A DNA stretch of 63,858 bases, counting the filler, from Octopus bimaculoides (Eukaryota): assembly GCF_001194135.2 (NCBI RefSeq). It is 9 parts of 9 records of this genome, joined end to end, with 100 filler letters (N's around TTAATTAATTAA, not from the genome) between each part and the next. Parts side by side here need not be neighbours in the genome. Positions count along the whole stretch, not along the records: positions 1 to 14,320 come from NC_068988.1; 8 more parts are not named here. One strand, 5' to 3'. Under the pieces are notes generated by a model, which had not been told where the DNA came from, did no database searches, and saw only the letters and a list, made by a program, of their open reading frames with translations. Shown here one piece after another: positions 1 through 14,420 of the stretch (position 1 is the first letter of the stretch; every line of letters begins with the position of its first letter). A program made the translations under genes and the position numbers.

Positions 1-33
<33 letters not shown>

Positions 34-135
34 TTATATATACATAAACGTATATATATATATCCACCTATATGTCTATAATTTTTATCTTATTCTCTCC
101 CTCTCTGTCAATTTATCTATCTATGTGCTTGTGTA

Positions 136-174
<39 letters not shown>

Positions 175-1224
175 ACATATGTGCGTTTGTGTGTGTGTGT
201 GTGTATGTGTGTTGCGTGTGCGTACGCGTATGTGTATGTGCGTGTGTAACCGCTTGTGAGTGTCCGCATCTGTTTCGTGTGTGGCGGCGTGTGTGTGTGT
301 GTGCATATGTGTGTATTTCCCGTCTCTAGAATTGATGATCATATATTCTAAATTTTAACCAGTTAGCCACCAGCTCACAAAAAAGAAAAAAAAAATCACT
401 ACCAAATTAAACTTTGTGTCGCTCAAACTGTATAGTTCAAATTGCTTTATGACGTTATGTGAAGGTATATGACTTTATGTACAGACATATAATGTATCGG
501 TTATTCAATAGAACTGTAATAGCACATTACCCTAGTTTATCTTGATAGGGTAAAATTACACTTATTTCCTCGTGTATCAATCATAAGCGATGTTGGTTAT
601 ATACGTAATTCATCATAGTTGCAGAAGTAGATGATCTGTAATATTGATTGTGGAAGGAAGCTGGTTACGATGGTAACAAGTTCAGTTCTACTGCGCAGAA
701 ACTTTGGCAAGTGTCGTGTACTGTATCCCCGGATGCACGAATAAATTGTGAATGAATTTGGTATACGGAAACTGTGTAGAAGCTTCTCGTGCACGTACAC
801 AATTCCGCCACACCCACGTACACACAATACACTTGCACATAATAACATCACACACGTACGTGCTTGCACACACGTACGTGCTTGCACACACGCACATATG
901 TACGTCTGATAGTCTCATATACTGACACACACGTCAGATAGCCTCTCACACGCATACACGCGACCATATACACGTACACTCAAACACACACACGCAAAAT
1001 CAGGTATAGTATATACGCACATATTGGCTCATGATCACACACATATGCGTTTTAGCAAACCCGAGCACATACGCACTGAATAGCTTCATACGAGCAAGTA
1101 CAAACAACTACACATACAGATACCAGGATGATGTTCATTTCGTATCCACCCACGCCTCAAACCAACTCCTTCATCTTCCGGTCATTTTAGCATGGAGTGA
1201 CGGGTAAGAATTTTCTTTTCCTCA

Positions 1225-1373
1225 CCATCTATTTTCTCCCCTCATCTATCCTTTCTGTAAAAGAGCGGCGGCTCGAAACGTTAAAAACTTCATCCATTTT
1301 TCATGAGCGTCAATCAATACAGCCTGTTTGTTGTTCTTTCACCTCGTCTTTGTGTTTACTTAATTTTTCGATC

Positions 1374-1376
<3 letters not shown>
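1225..1376 (+). mobile_element. Family F repeat, degenerate
   Basis: cctttctgtaaaagagcggcggctcgaaacgttaaaaact...gagcgtca followed by (TA)n. Confidence 0.6.
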
Positions 1377-1424
<48 letters not shown>

Positions 1425-2270
1425 NNNNNNNNNNNNNNNNNNNNNNNNNNNNNNNNNNNNNNNNNNNNNNNNNNNNNNNNNNNNNNNNNNNNNNNNNNNN
1501 NNNNNNNNNNNNNNNNNNNNNNNNNNNNNNNNNNNNNNNNNNNNNNNNNNNNNNNNNNNNNNNNNNNNNNNNNNNNNNNNNNNNNNNNNNNNNNNNNNNN
1601 NNNNNNNNNNNNNNNNNNNNNNNNNNNNNNNNNNNNNNNNNNNNNNNNNNNNNNNNNNNNNNNNNNNNNNNNNNNNNNNNNNNNNNNNNNNNNNNNNNNN
1701 NNNNNNNNNNNNNNNNNNNNNNNNNNNNNNNNNNNNNNNNNNNNNNNNNNNNNNNNNNNNNNNNNNNNNNNNNNNNNNNNNNNNNNNNNNNNNNNNNNNN
1801 NNNNNNNNNNNNNNNNNNNNNNNNNNNNNNNNNNNNNNNNNNNNNNNNNNNNNNNNNNNNNNNNNNNNNNNNTATATACGTGTGTGTTCATGTGTGCGTG
1901 TGTGTGTGTCTGTGTGTGTGTATGGGTTTGGATAATGCGAGTCTCTGGTCATACGTAAATTAGTATTAATTTTAAACAGAAACCATGATTCCAAATGCAG
2001 ATCGTTATGTGCTATTTATTTCACTTTCAGTTTTCTGCAGATAGCTGTGTTTTTCTCAACCTATTGCTATAGCTCTTTCGTCGTGACTCATAAAGCTAGA
2101 GATGAATTTCCGGTAAGCCGAGTCGCAAACTGGTTTTGCTTCCGCTTAGCACAGGTTCATCTCCCACGTGACGCTTCGGCTTGTAAGACAGATTTCGACC
2201 GCTAACCGTTGCAATCTCTCTCCTCTCATATAGTATTCCTTCGACCCAAAAGTGCACTGCACAGACAGGC

Positions 2271-2301
2271 ATCTGTCTGTCTGTTTGTCCGTCTGTCTCT
2301 G

Positions 2302-2352
<51 letters not shown>

Positions 2353-2422
2353 GTCTTTGTCTGTCTGTGTGTCTGTCTGTGTGTCTGTCTGTCTGTCTGT
2401 CTGTCTCTCTCCCTCTCTCCCC

Positions 2423-2452
<30 letters not shown>
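2271..2452. repeat. (CTGT)n/(CT)n compound microsatellite
   Basis: Direct inspection. It generates the spurious SVCL/RQTD ORFs. Confidence 0.95.
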
Positions 2453-2456
<4 letters not shown>

Positions 2457-2860
2457 CTGGGTGTGAATGTGTATGTACGTACATACGTATATGTATATGT
2501 ATATATGAATTTGTGAATGTTCATATATACATTTATGTATATACATGCATATGTGTTTGTGTATGTGCTTGTGTTTGTGTGTGTGTGTGTATGTGTGTGT
2601 GTGTGTGTGTATCTGTGTTGTTAGTGTGTGCATGTGTGTGTGTGTGACTATAACTATCACCGTATGCTTCTGCAGAGAGAGAAAGTGCGAAAATATTTCA
2701 ACTGCTTTGCTTTCATTGTTGTCGTCCCGTTTTTTTACTTTCCACAATATTTTCACCTCTGTCTTGAACATCAATTTTACTATCCTCCCTTTCTACTACT
2801 TACCGCCGCAGATTCTCGCCATTATAACTGTTTCACATTCATACAGCAACAGCACTAACA

Positions 2861-3101
2861 CCAACACCGGTTCTCAAGGAGTGATGGGGAAAAAAGAGAC
2901 ACCGACATACACACATAGATATAGGTATATAAATATATATACGACAGGCTTCTTTCATTTTCAGTCTTCCAAATCCACTGACAAGGCTTTGGTCGGTCCC
3001 AGGCTTTAGAAGAAGAGACTTGCCCAAGTTGCCATGCAGTGAGACTGAACCCGGAACCGTGTGATTGGAATTAAAGCTTCTTACCACACAGCTACACCTG
3101 C
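2861..3101 (-). mobile_element. CORE-type SINE, 5' half, diverged
   Basis: gacttgcccaagttgccatgcagtgagactgaacccgg...cttaccacacagc. Confidence 0.8.
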
Positions 3102-4069
3102 AACTATTGCAATTTTGTAGTGACGCATATTATGCAAAACTACAATACGATCAGTTATCTTCAATTTGAAAAAAAAAAAAAAATTCACGTACCTACTTTT
3201 GTATGTTGTAATTATAGCAGTAGAATTCACTTGAAACGTAGCATCTTTTAAAAGAAGGTTAGGTTGTATGAAAAACATCTCGCTACATTGTAGCATAAAT
3301 GGGCATTTCTTTGTATTACAGGTTTGAGCAACCAAGACCACACTGGCCTTTCGCATATTCAGGCACACAATCACGCACATACATAGATATAAGGATATAT
3401 AACTGTGTATGTATTTGTGTATGTATGTACGTATGTATGCATACATACATAAAAATATATATAAATAGATAGATGAATATATACATACATACGTACATAC
3501 ATACACACACATGTATGCGTATATATGTATATATGTATGCATATTCACAGACATATATAAACAGACACATAAATATGTGTACGAACAAGCATGCATCTTT
3601 TGTGAGTTACTAAACATATTTGCATATTAATCAAAATACATTCATTTGATATCCACCATCATAGAATTCAAATGACAAATACACGTTCACATACTCTGAC
3701 ACGCATATACATTTGTAAATACATAAATATATATATGTATGCCTGTATACACATACACACACATATGTATATATGTATATATATATGCCATCGCCCCAGC
3801 TCGCTGATCCTCGAAACTGTTTGACTGTTTATTTTTCATCTCCGCTTCATGACAGCGTATCTGTGCATCATATTCCATTCCCTATTCTCCGTCCTCTTCT
3901 TCCATTGAGACTCTCCCAGATATATATTGGCGTGTATGTGTTTCCATAGAATGATAGATAGATAAATAGATAGTTACATGCATGCATATATGCATACGCA
4001 CACACACATATATACACACATGCATACTTAGTGACATTCGTACACACATACAGACACATGTATATATAG

Positions 4070-4101
<32 letters not shown>

Positions 4102-4939
4102 NNNNNNNNNNNNNNNNNNNNNNNNNNNNNNNNNNNNNNNNNNNNNNNNNNNNNNNNNNNNNNNNNNNNNNNNNNNNNNNNNNNNNNNNNNNNNNNNNNN
4201 NNNNNNNNNNNNNNNNNNNNNNNNNNNNNNNNNNNNNNNNNNNNNNNNNNNNNNNNNNNNNNNNNNNNNNNNNNNNNNNNNNNNNNNNNNNNNNNNNNNN
4301 NNNNNNNNNNNNNNNNNNNNNNNNNNNNNNNNNNNNNNNNNNNNNNNNNNNNNNNNNNNNNNNNNNNNNNNNNNNNNNNNNNNNNNNNNNNNNNNNNNNN
4401 NNNNNNNNNNNNNNNNNNNNNNNNNNNNNNNNNNNNNNNNNNNNNNNNNNNNNNNNNNNNNNNNNNNNNNNNNNNNNNNNNNNNNNNNNNNNNNNNNNNN
4501 NNNNNNNNNNNNNNNNNNNNNNNNNNNNNNNNNNNNNNNNNNNNNNNNNNNNNNNNNNNNNNNNNNNNNNNNNNNNNNNNNNNNNNNNNNNNNNNNNNNN
4601 NNNNNNNNNNNNNNNNNNNNNNNNNNNNNNNNNNNNNNNNNNNNNNNNNNNNNNNNNNNNNNNNNNNNNNNNNNNNNNNNNNNNNNNNNNNNNNNNNNNN
4701 NNNNNNNNNNNNNNNNNNNNNNNNNNNNNNNNNNNNNNNNNNNNNNNNNNNNNNNNNNNNNNNNNNNNNNNNNNNNNNNNNNNNNNNNNNNNNNNNNNNN
4801 NNNNNNNNNNNNNNNNNNNNNNNNNNNNNNNNNNNNNNNNNNNNNNNNNNNNNNNNNNNNNNNNNNNNNNNNNNNNNNNNNNNNNNNNNNNNNNNNNNNN
4901 NNNNNNNNNNNNNNNNNNNTATATATATATATATGTATG

Positions 4940-4996
<57 letters not shown>

Positions 4997-5271
4997 GTAT
5001 GCATATATACGTATGTTTGTACGTATGTCTGTCAAACATTCTATTTATTGAGTGATTAGGAAAGCTGCTAGGAGACGAGTAGGTAACATTTATTACTGTT
5101 GCTATATACACCAACTTTCAGATCTTTCAGCCTAACATCATCACATCTACTGCAGTTACTATTGGGATATTTCCCTGTTATACGTTGTTGTTCTTATTGC
5201 TGTTCTCGTTGTGCATGTTGTTGTTGTTAAAATTAATATCATTGTGATCATCATCATCGCCATCACCCATT

Positions 5272-5278
5272 ATTATTG

Positions 5279-5351
<73 letters not shown>
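5272..5351. repeat. (ATT)n microsatellite
   Basis: Direct inspection. Similar tract at ~18588-18654. Confidence 0.95.
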
Positions 5352-6296
5352 GTGGGCCTATCAAAATACACTGTTTTCCACCGAGTCCATCGTTTCATCC
5401 GATATCAGGGAACAACCAGTTACGCACAATATAATCTTACACATAGATATTGGCAGGCTGATAGACGTTCTAATGTTTGCGAGAGATAGATAGCTAGTTT
5501 GATAGAAAGAGCGGGGAGAGTGTGAGGGAATGTTAGGGAGAGAGGGGATAGAAGAGAGAGAGAAAGGAGAGAGCGAGAGGATAGAAGAGAGAAGAGAGAG
5601 GAGAGAGGTGGGGAGAGTTAGAATATGGAGCAACAAGCATATGTTTTTCCTACTGTAGTGAAACTGCATTGCTTGTCTTCTTACAGAAGGTATTAAGTAT
5701 GAATAGCATACGGGAAACATGTAAAAATACATCAAATTATTTATCATGAGATAATTGGAACACATGGCAATAACATGAAAACATTAGGTTATGAAGACCA
5801 TCATCTCAGGAGAAGTGTTGTTCTTTCGTAAGGACGAGAAGCCGATGCGCAAAAATACGATAAAGTCTGTCCACATCACAGATGCTCTACCTAAGGTTGT
5901 CTAGAGACACAATATATCAGAGTAGACCTCAACTGAGTGTTACGGATGTGTTCGGACAACGACATCAACAGCCGGGCTGAATAGCCGGAGGGTAGAAACA
6001 AGTGGACGGAATGAATTAATACTGAGTCGACAATTTGTAAATTGTCTTATATAGAGAAACATTGTTGACTGTGGACAAACTGTTTAAGATAGTAAAGATC
6101 TTGTGTGTAAATATACGTAAGTGTGGCGCATTGGAAAAAAAATCGTTCAGTACCTAGGTTTAAGAGGCCCGGCAAAGAATAGTGCACAGGTAAGATGTCA
6201 CTGCTAAGATTGCAAAATTATGAATCTCCATAAGTAGAGACACATTTACATGCGCACCCGTATATCTTTTTATAAGTGATTAGAAAATATTAACTA

Positions 6297-6329
<33 letters not shown>

Positions 6330-9017
6330 NNNNNNNNNNNNNNNNNNNNNNNNNNNNNNNNNNNNNNNNNNNNNNNNNNNNNNNNNNNNNNNNNNNNNNN
6401 NNNNNNNNNNNNNNNNNNNNNNNNNNNNNNNNNNNNNNNNNNNNNNNNNNNNNNNNNNNNNNNNNNNNNNNNNNNNNNNNNNNNNNNNNNNNNNNNNNNN
6501 NNNNNNNNNNNNNNNNNNNNNNNNNNNNNNNNNNNNNNNNNNNNNNNNNNNNNNNNNNNNNNNNNNNNNNNNNNNNNNNNNNNNNNNNNNNNNNNNNNNN
6601 NNNNNNNNNNNNNNNNNNNNNNNNNNNNNNNNNNNNNNNNNNNNNNNNNNNNNNNNNNNNNNNNNNNNNNNNNNNNNNNNNNNNNNNNNNNNNNNNNNNN
6701 NNNNNNNNNNNNNNNNNNNNNNNNNNNNNNNNNNNNNNNNNNNNNNNNNNNNNNNNNNNNNNNNNNNNNNNNNNNNNNNNNNNNNNNNNNNNNNNNNNNN
6801 NNNNNNNNNNNNNNNNNNNNNNNNNNNNNNNNNNNNNNNNNNNNNNNNNNNNNNNNNNNNNNNNNNNNNNNNNNNNNNNNNNNNNNNNNNNNNNNNNNNN
6901 NNNNNNNNNNNNNNNNNNNNNNNNNNNNNNNNNNNNNNNNNNNNNNNNNNNNNNNNNNNNNNNNNNNNNNNNNNNNNNNNNNNNNNNNNNNNNNNNNNNN
7001 NNNNATATATATATCTTTATACTATATGTATACATGTGTGGTCCTGTGTTTATATTAACTCTAACTTCTCCAGAAATCATCAATCATAGAAGATATTGAA
7101 TAAACTTTTAAAGCGTATTACCTTATCTTCTATTATGTAACATCAAATTCACAAAATTCAATTTTCATCTTTTATTTTTGTTATTTTGTGACAAATACAT
7201 TTCCAATATGAAAAATGAATATTAATATACACTGAAAAATTTAATACATTAATATTCCACCCCCAGTTGTGAAAATTTTGCCTGAATTATATAATGTTAT
7301 TCTGATTTTAAGGATTCGACACGTTTAAACCTTTACTTATATCTTTTAAAAAAATGTTTTAATATTGTTTGTGCAGTTAATCATTTCACTTCAATATATG
7401 CTAGCTTCATTTGAGTCTTCATATTACAGTTTTTGGTTTATTGTCAAAAAATTACAGAAAAATATATTTCATAAGGAAAAATATTATTATACACACTTTC
7501 CCTCGTTTTTGTAGAATTTTATTTGTTTGCTTTATTTTTTGTTTGTTTTTAATATATCACGCCATATACTGTTTCGACCTGTAACAAGAATTTTTTCTTC
7601 ATTTATGAAGACTTCATTATGCATTCTAAATATTCCTTTTTATAACATAATCTACGTTCCTTCTGCTAGGACTTGTATGTAGATAACAATCTGTAAATTT
7701 GCTTCTAATTTATCAATACAAGAATTCAAAAAACGAAAATGGAAAAAAATTACTCATATTTTAATATATAATCATGTTGTATTTAAGACCGCCACAAGAG
7801 ATATAAAAATTGCATTCATAAAATAATCAGGGACCATAGATTTATCTGTCAAAGATAGGAAGTTCATTCTTAAACTTACTTAAGAAAAATAGTGTTAATG
7901 ACGATACGAATTAGCATGAAATTGATAACGCTGTGTATATTAGTACATGCTGGTTTTTCTAATAAGTGCTAATTAACATTATCGCTTTTGTGAATATATA
8001 CATATGTACATGGGAGATTACGTACATGTATTCATTTATTTATATGCGTCGATGTTCGTGTGTGTGTATATACATACAAACATATATATTTATGTATGTA
8101 TAAATATATATACATACAAACATACATATATACATACATAAATATATAAATGTGTATGTACACAGGCATCGACGTGTCTAAATAAATGAATACATGTACT
8201 TAATGTCCCATCTACATATGTAGATATTGTAATAAACATTTTTAGAAATTTTGAGGAATTCTTCTTTGGAATAGTGATTCTCGAAACACATCGTATAAAT
8301 ATGTTGACAACAGCATGTACATATTGGGGTGAAAAAAGCCTTTGAATAGAAAACTGGGAGTGAAGAGGCAAAAGCAGAGTTTGTGCTCGGATAGGTCAAA
8401 CTCCAACTTCTGAAGCAGAATAAAATACCTCAGAAGCTGATTGCTTCGCTAGAAGTATTTCACTCGGATATCAAAGAGGTAAGGCGGACGAATAATTATC
8501 AGTGTCAGAAATTCATTCATTTGAGATATTACAGATATTTTCGGACTATAATTAAAACTTTACAGCTGTTTCAAATATCCAGTAAGTTATTGATGCGATA
8601 ATGTTATAATGCATGTAATACAAATAGGTGTACATTATATGGCCCATAATTAAACATACAATACACGAGTATTTTTTTGTGATAAACAGAATATTAGATT
8701 CAGATGGTGAAATAGGAAGTGCTACCTAAAATTCTGAAAATATTTTTGCAATATCCATTTAAACGAGATATTTAATTGCTAAGATTGTATAACAAAATAA
8801 ATTATCTATGTATGAATGTATATATATTATTCTACAGGAAATCATATTCCACCAGCAATACGCTTTATTCAAGTAGGAGTTAGTTGATAACAAAAGGTCT
8901 CCAATCTTTACTGAAAGGCTCAAATGAATGAATACATGAATATATTACGTTGATATGTACCCTATTATGTACTTACACCCATATGTATATGCACAAAGAA
9001 ATGTTTGCTTATATGTA

Positions 9018-9197
9018 TGCATGTATGTATGTATGTATGTATTTATCTATCTATCTATCTATCTATCTAGCTGTCTGTCTGTCTTTCTGTCAATCTATCT
9101 ATCTATCTGTCTGTCTGTGTGTCTGCCTGCATGCCTGTCTGTCTGTCTGTATGTATGTATCTATCTATCTATCTATTTATCTATCTATATATATATA

Positions 9198-9250
<53 letters not shown>

Positions 9251-9270
9251 TTATACTATTATCTATCTAT
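9018..9270. repeat. (TATG)n/(TATC)n/(CTGT)n compound microsatellite
   Basis: Direct inspection. Confidence 0.95.
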
Positions 9271-9732
9271 ACCTACATACATATATATTTCTGTATTTTC
9301 TATATATGCATGTGTATTCACACATGCACATGCATGCACATATGCACGCACACACACATAAACACACAATACGCACACACAAATACACATACACACACAT
9401 GTATGCACACATACATATATATGGATAGCGCACGCCTTTACTAACCTTCAAGAGAAAAGATTGGTAAAAAAAATATATATTTACTCAAGGATTTCTTCAT
9501 TAACTTTTACCATTGTTTTCCTCCTCTTGCCAGAATGCATATGCGTTTGCTTGCTGTACCTGTATGTGTTTATGAATGTGTGCGTGCATGCCTATATGTG
9601 TGTGTGTGTCTGAAGGTGTTTATTTACGCACTGACGAATCTAAATTTTTATGTTATACAAATGTATTTTCAGTTTGGTATTTCTCTGTTTATATATGAGT
9701 TTTGTGCGCGCTCGTATGTGCGTAATTTTATG

Positions 9733-9780
<48 letters not shown>

Positions 9781-10323
9781 NNNNNNNNNNNNNNNNNNNN
9801 NNNNNNNNNNNNNNNNNNNNNNNNNNNNNNNNNNNNNNNNNNNNNNNNNNNNNNNNNNNNNNNNNNNNNNNNNNNNNNNNNNNNNNNNNNNNNNNNNNNN
9901 NNNNNNNNNNNNNNNNNNNNNNNNNNNNNNNNNNNNNNNNNNNNNNNNNNNNNNNNNNNNNNNNNNNNNNNNNNNNNNNNNNNNNNNNNNNNNNNNNNNN
10001 NNNNNNNNNNNNNNNNNNNNNNNNNNNNNNNNNNNNNNNNNNNNNNNNNNNNNNNNNNNNNNNNNNNNNNNNNNNNNNNNNNNNNNNNNNNNNNNNNNNN
10101 NNNNNNNNNNNNNNNNNNNNNNNNNNNNNNNNNNNNNNNNNNNNNNNNNNNNNNNNNNNNNNNNNNNNNNNNNNNNNNNNNNNNNNNNNNNNNNNNNNNN
10201 NNNNNNNNNNNNNNNNNNNNNNNNNNNNNNNNNNNNNNNNNNNNNNNNNNNNNNNNNNNNNNNNNNNNNNNNNNNNNNNNNNNNNNNNNNNNNNNNNNNN
10301 NNNNNNNNNNNNNNNNNNNNNNN

Positions 10324-10362
<39 letters not shown>

Positions 10363-11867
10363 GTTCTTGTTATTTTCAAACAGACGTACACGCACTTACA
10401 TATATGGACACTTTCACTCTCTGTCTATATCATGAGATGCACACAGACATTTATATATATACGTGCTTATACATATATCCATATATATATATGCTTGCGT
10501 ATTTGTGTATATGTTTGTTTGTGTATAAATTACACGTATTTATTAATGGAAATATCTGATATATGCACCCGCTATATGAAGCAAACCAGTGTTTTCGACA
10601 TTACATGTGATGGCGTATGATTCATATATGTTTGTTCGTAAACATGTGTGTGTTTGATTGCCTATCTCTGTGATATCAATAATTATATTATTGATTTCAG
10701 AAATTCCTTGGGAAACAAATCGTTTCGTTCATTTGTTTTGTGTTTATTTTTGATTTGTTTTCGTTTTCTTATTTTGCGTCTCGAATTATTTTTAATAATA
10801 TGAAATATGGATCAATCAGAACTATTAAATCTGATTTTGTTTCCAGAATAGAATTATCTAAATCAGTGAATAATAATAACAATAATAATAACAAAAATAA
10901 AGCTACAAATAAACTCTGCAATTGTTAGACATTATAAAACTATTTTAGGTTTTAAAAATCGTAATTTGTCTCGTCTGTCGTCATACAGATCGGTGTCTTC
11001 TTTCAGCCTAAGGAGACACAACTCTTTATTTAGAATAAAAATTAATTACTGAGCAAAATGCGCTATAACTCTATCTTTGAGGCTATCAAAGATATTTTCT
11101 TAATTTATTTTTGCACACGAGATCAAATGAGATCAAAATATCTATCACTGGATTGGTTCTTTAATTGTTGATTCCAATTATAAGAATTTCCTCTCAATGG
11201 TGCAGTAACTGATCGGTTAGAAATAAATTCACTTATGCAGAAAAAAGAAAAGCAAAACTAACATTTATTAGATTTGTTGAATAGCAACATTTTTCGTATT
11301 AAAATCCATTATTTCAATATGGTAGATTTTCAACAGCTGAATTATTACAATTTTGACGTTTCTTTAATCTTTTGCAATTCGTTATGCTGTGTAGTAAGTT
11401 AGAATCAAAATTATAAAATAAACCGAAAAAGGTGAGCACAGCATTAGCCTGCGCCGACATATATTCGGTGTAGAGGGTTAGAAAGTGGAATAAATTGTTT
11501 GCAATGAGGAAGAAAGAAAGAATAACATCTTGTGCAGGATATATTTGTCAGAGAAATATAAAAAAATAAATTATTCCGAGGAAGTTAATGAAGGAAAAAT
11601 ATATTAAACGTAAAAGAAAACCGTAAACTATATAACATGGAGAAACGAAACATGTATCAAAAAGTCTTTAAAGAGAGTAACGTAATTAATAAGACCAATG
11701 AAAAGTGTAGTAAACGAAATCGGTGTTGACTGGATAAAATGCAGCTGGGTGGAAAATAATTAGATGATGATCAACATGAATGCTGTTGTGATGTGTCGCT
11801 CTTTATATTTCTACTCTGGAAGTGTTTATATTCTACACTCTATTATCAGTTATGAGAATTGAAGTTT

Positions 11868-11906
<39 letters not shown>

Positions 11907-12587
11907 TTCATTCAATGCCACAGAAATTATTTAGCGGTTTTAGGAGATGCAACTTGCCATGAGAATGAGGATATTCATCTGCGAAGGGCCAACACCTCAA
12001 CACAGAAAAAAAAAGTTACAATATCATCCATGACGACACCAAAGCAACAGCCCGAAAGTGTGAATAGTCTATTATCAGTCCTACTGCGTGTCACTTGAGA
12101 GAAGTGTCTCTTACTATGACATCAGGATGAACAATGCTATCTGGGTGAATTTGGGAGATGGAAACAGGTCGAACACGCACACACACATTCACAAACAAAC
12201 ACACATACACTAGTACATACACCCAAGGTTTCGGTTTCAGTTTCACTATGTGGTAACTTGGGCAACTGCCTTCTACTATAGCCTCAGGTCAAGCAAAAGT
12301 TTGCTAGTGGATATATGTGTGTGTGTGTTCCGTTAAACTAACAGTTCTCTACAAAAAAAAAAGAAAACATAATAAAAACACGATATAAAAATACCAAGGC
12401 TAAAAATATAGGAAAATATGTAACAAGGCAGATTCATTCGGCTAAACATTCTTCAAGGTGGTGCCCCAGTAGCGACGTAATCTAATGAGAGAAACAAGTA
12501 AGAGATTCAAGAAAAAACACCCACACAGAGACGTAGGCAGACAGACAAACAAACACTGACCTGAATAATAATAATAATAATAATAAT

Positions 12588-13002
12588 TCTTTTTATTCTT
12601 TTACTTGCTTCAGTCATTTTACAGCGACCGTGCTGGTGTACCGCCTGGTGTACCGCCTTTAGTCGAACAAATCAACCCCAGGACTTATTCTTTGTAAGCC
12701 TAGTACTTATTCTATCGGACTCTTAAGCCGAACCGCTAAGTTACGGGGACGTAAACACACCTAACATCGGTTGTCAAGCGATTTTGGGTGGACAAATACA
12801 GACACACAAACATATACACATACATACACACATATATATATGCATATATACGACGGGCTTCTATCAATTTCCGTCTACCAAATCCACTCACAAGGCTTCG
12901 GTCGGCCCGAGGCTATAGTAGAAGACACTTGTCCAAGGTGCCACGGAGTGGGAATGAACCCGAAACCATGTAGTTGGTAATCAAGCCACTTACCACACAG
13001 CC
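12588..13002 (-). mobile_element. CORE-type tRNA-derived SINE, full length
   Basis: tRNA-like head plus gcaccttgg(a/g)caagtgtcttctactatagcc, which resembles the CORE domain from recall. Central (CA/TA) tract and conserved 3' half. Many copies in the window. Confidence 0.88.
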
Positions 13003-13040
<38 letters not shown>

Positions 13041-13215
13041 CATCGAAAAATACCTTAGGAATGAGAACCCAGGTTCGAAATTTCCCCACGACACCTGATG
13101 AAAGCTGGAGAGTATATCAGCCGAAACGTTGTGTTAACAACAAGAAGAGGACAATTATGCGTCAATTGTAAATAATGTAAATAGTGCGCATAATTCCTCA
13201 TCTCTTATAGAACAG
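13003..13215 (+). mobile_element. Family E element body; its (AAT)n spacer is split by a CORE-type SINE
   Basis: Near-identical to 33661-33836. The end of the head (tgacctgaataataat) lies at ~12557-12587 on the far side of the inserted SINE. Confidence 0.85.
13090..13135 (+). ncRNA. Minimal type I hammerhead ribozyme motif (Penelope-type)
   Basis: GACAC (stem I) CUGAUGA A aGCUG-10nt-CAGCc (stem II) GAA ACGU U | GUGUU (stem I'). The core is intact, stem III is the palindrome ACGU, and cleavage is predicted after 13130. Activity untested. Confidence 0.7.
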
Positions 13216-13546
13216 AGGTTACTTTGTTCGATTGCACTATTGAAGACTGTGCCCCAGCATGGCCGAAATCCCTGTGAGTTAAAGTGGTAAAAAATTAAAA
13301 AGATAAATAGATCCTATAAATGATTTTACAGTTTGTTTAAAACAGCAGCGTAATATTTTGAGAGTGATTCAGTTACTATTTTTAGCATAGTAAACAGCAA
13401 GCACGTGGAGAATCCCTAGTTGACTTGTACGTTATGTTTGTCAAGGCACAAACTTTACAACAACCGATGAAGGCAAACATGAATGTGATTTGTTAAAAGA
13501 TACAAGTAATGTTTAAAATCAAACCCGTTTTCTTTTTTAATTCTTC

Positions 13547-13616
<70 letters not shown>

Positions 13617-14320
13617 TTTGTGTCGGTGTGTGACCAGATAGGCTATTTTACATCCTACGGCGTAAACACATATACGAGGTTTGTTTCTAGCAGCGATGAT
13701 AAAAATCTGTTATCTCAAACAGCAATCGATTTTCAAGCTGCTAAATTTAGAGGTATGAGCTTCAGGAAAACGCAAACATTCATACGTATAAGAACGTGGA
13801 TGTAAATAACAGATTACAGTTATTGAAGTATAGAAGACCGGTCGTTCACGGTAGCCATATTGTGGAGACGGGTAAAGAAGAAAAAGAAAAACGAAAAAAT
13901 AACGCAGAGAATGAAAAAATACCCTAACGAAATGTAAAGAAATTAAAGCCTCTACAACGCATCTCATAGAGAAAAAAAAACATACGAGGATAAAAATAAA
14001 GATACACAAAGAAAATACGAAAGAAACTCTATGGAATCAGTTTAAGGATTTTTCAATCTTGCGCGAGCATTTATCTTGGGAACTCTGATTTGGAAATCAG
14101 AAGGAAAACGACGATAACAACTGCTATAGCGTAGGCAGCAGCATCGGCAGCAACGACGGCTACAATAGAAACAAGAGCAACCAACAACAAAAATAAAACC
14201 CGTGTATATTTAAAGAAAACCCCTACAATAAGTAAAGTAAGACCAAACAAACAAGATGTGGAGGCGTGTGTGTGTGTGCTTACATGTGCGTCTGTGTGTG
14301 TGTGGATATATATATATATA

Positions 14321-14420
14321 NNNNNNNNNNNNNNNNNNNNNNNNNNNNNNNNNNNNNNNNNNNNTTAATTAATTAANNNNNNNNNNNNNNNNNNNNNNNN
14401 NNNNNNNNNNNNNNNNNNNN
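14321..14420. other. Artificial 100-bp scaffold linker (44 N + TTAATTAATTAA + 44 N)
   Basis: Identical linkers at 29209-29308, 48659-48758, 50908-51007, 53209-53308, 55179-55278, 57138-57237 and 62449-62548. The 12-mer places stop codons in all six frames. Confidence 0.97.

Noticed and set aside
72-10620. Long ORFs rich in IYIY, CVCV, HTHT, YLSI or X (here and throughout the window)
   Set aside because: They are translations of microsatellites or N runs, which lack stop codons. No coding signal.
14365-14376. TTAATTAATTAA recurring eight times as a possible regulatory or piggyBac-type motif
   Set aside because: Always centred in exactly 88 N, so it is a synthetic linker.
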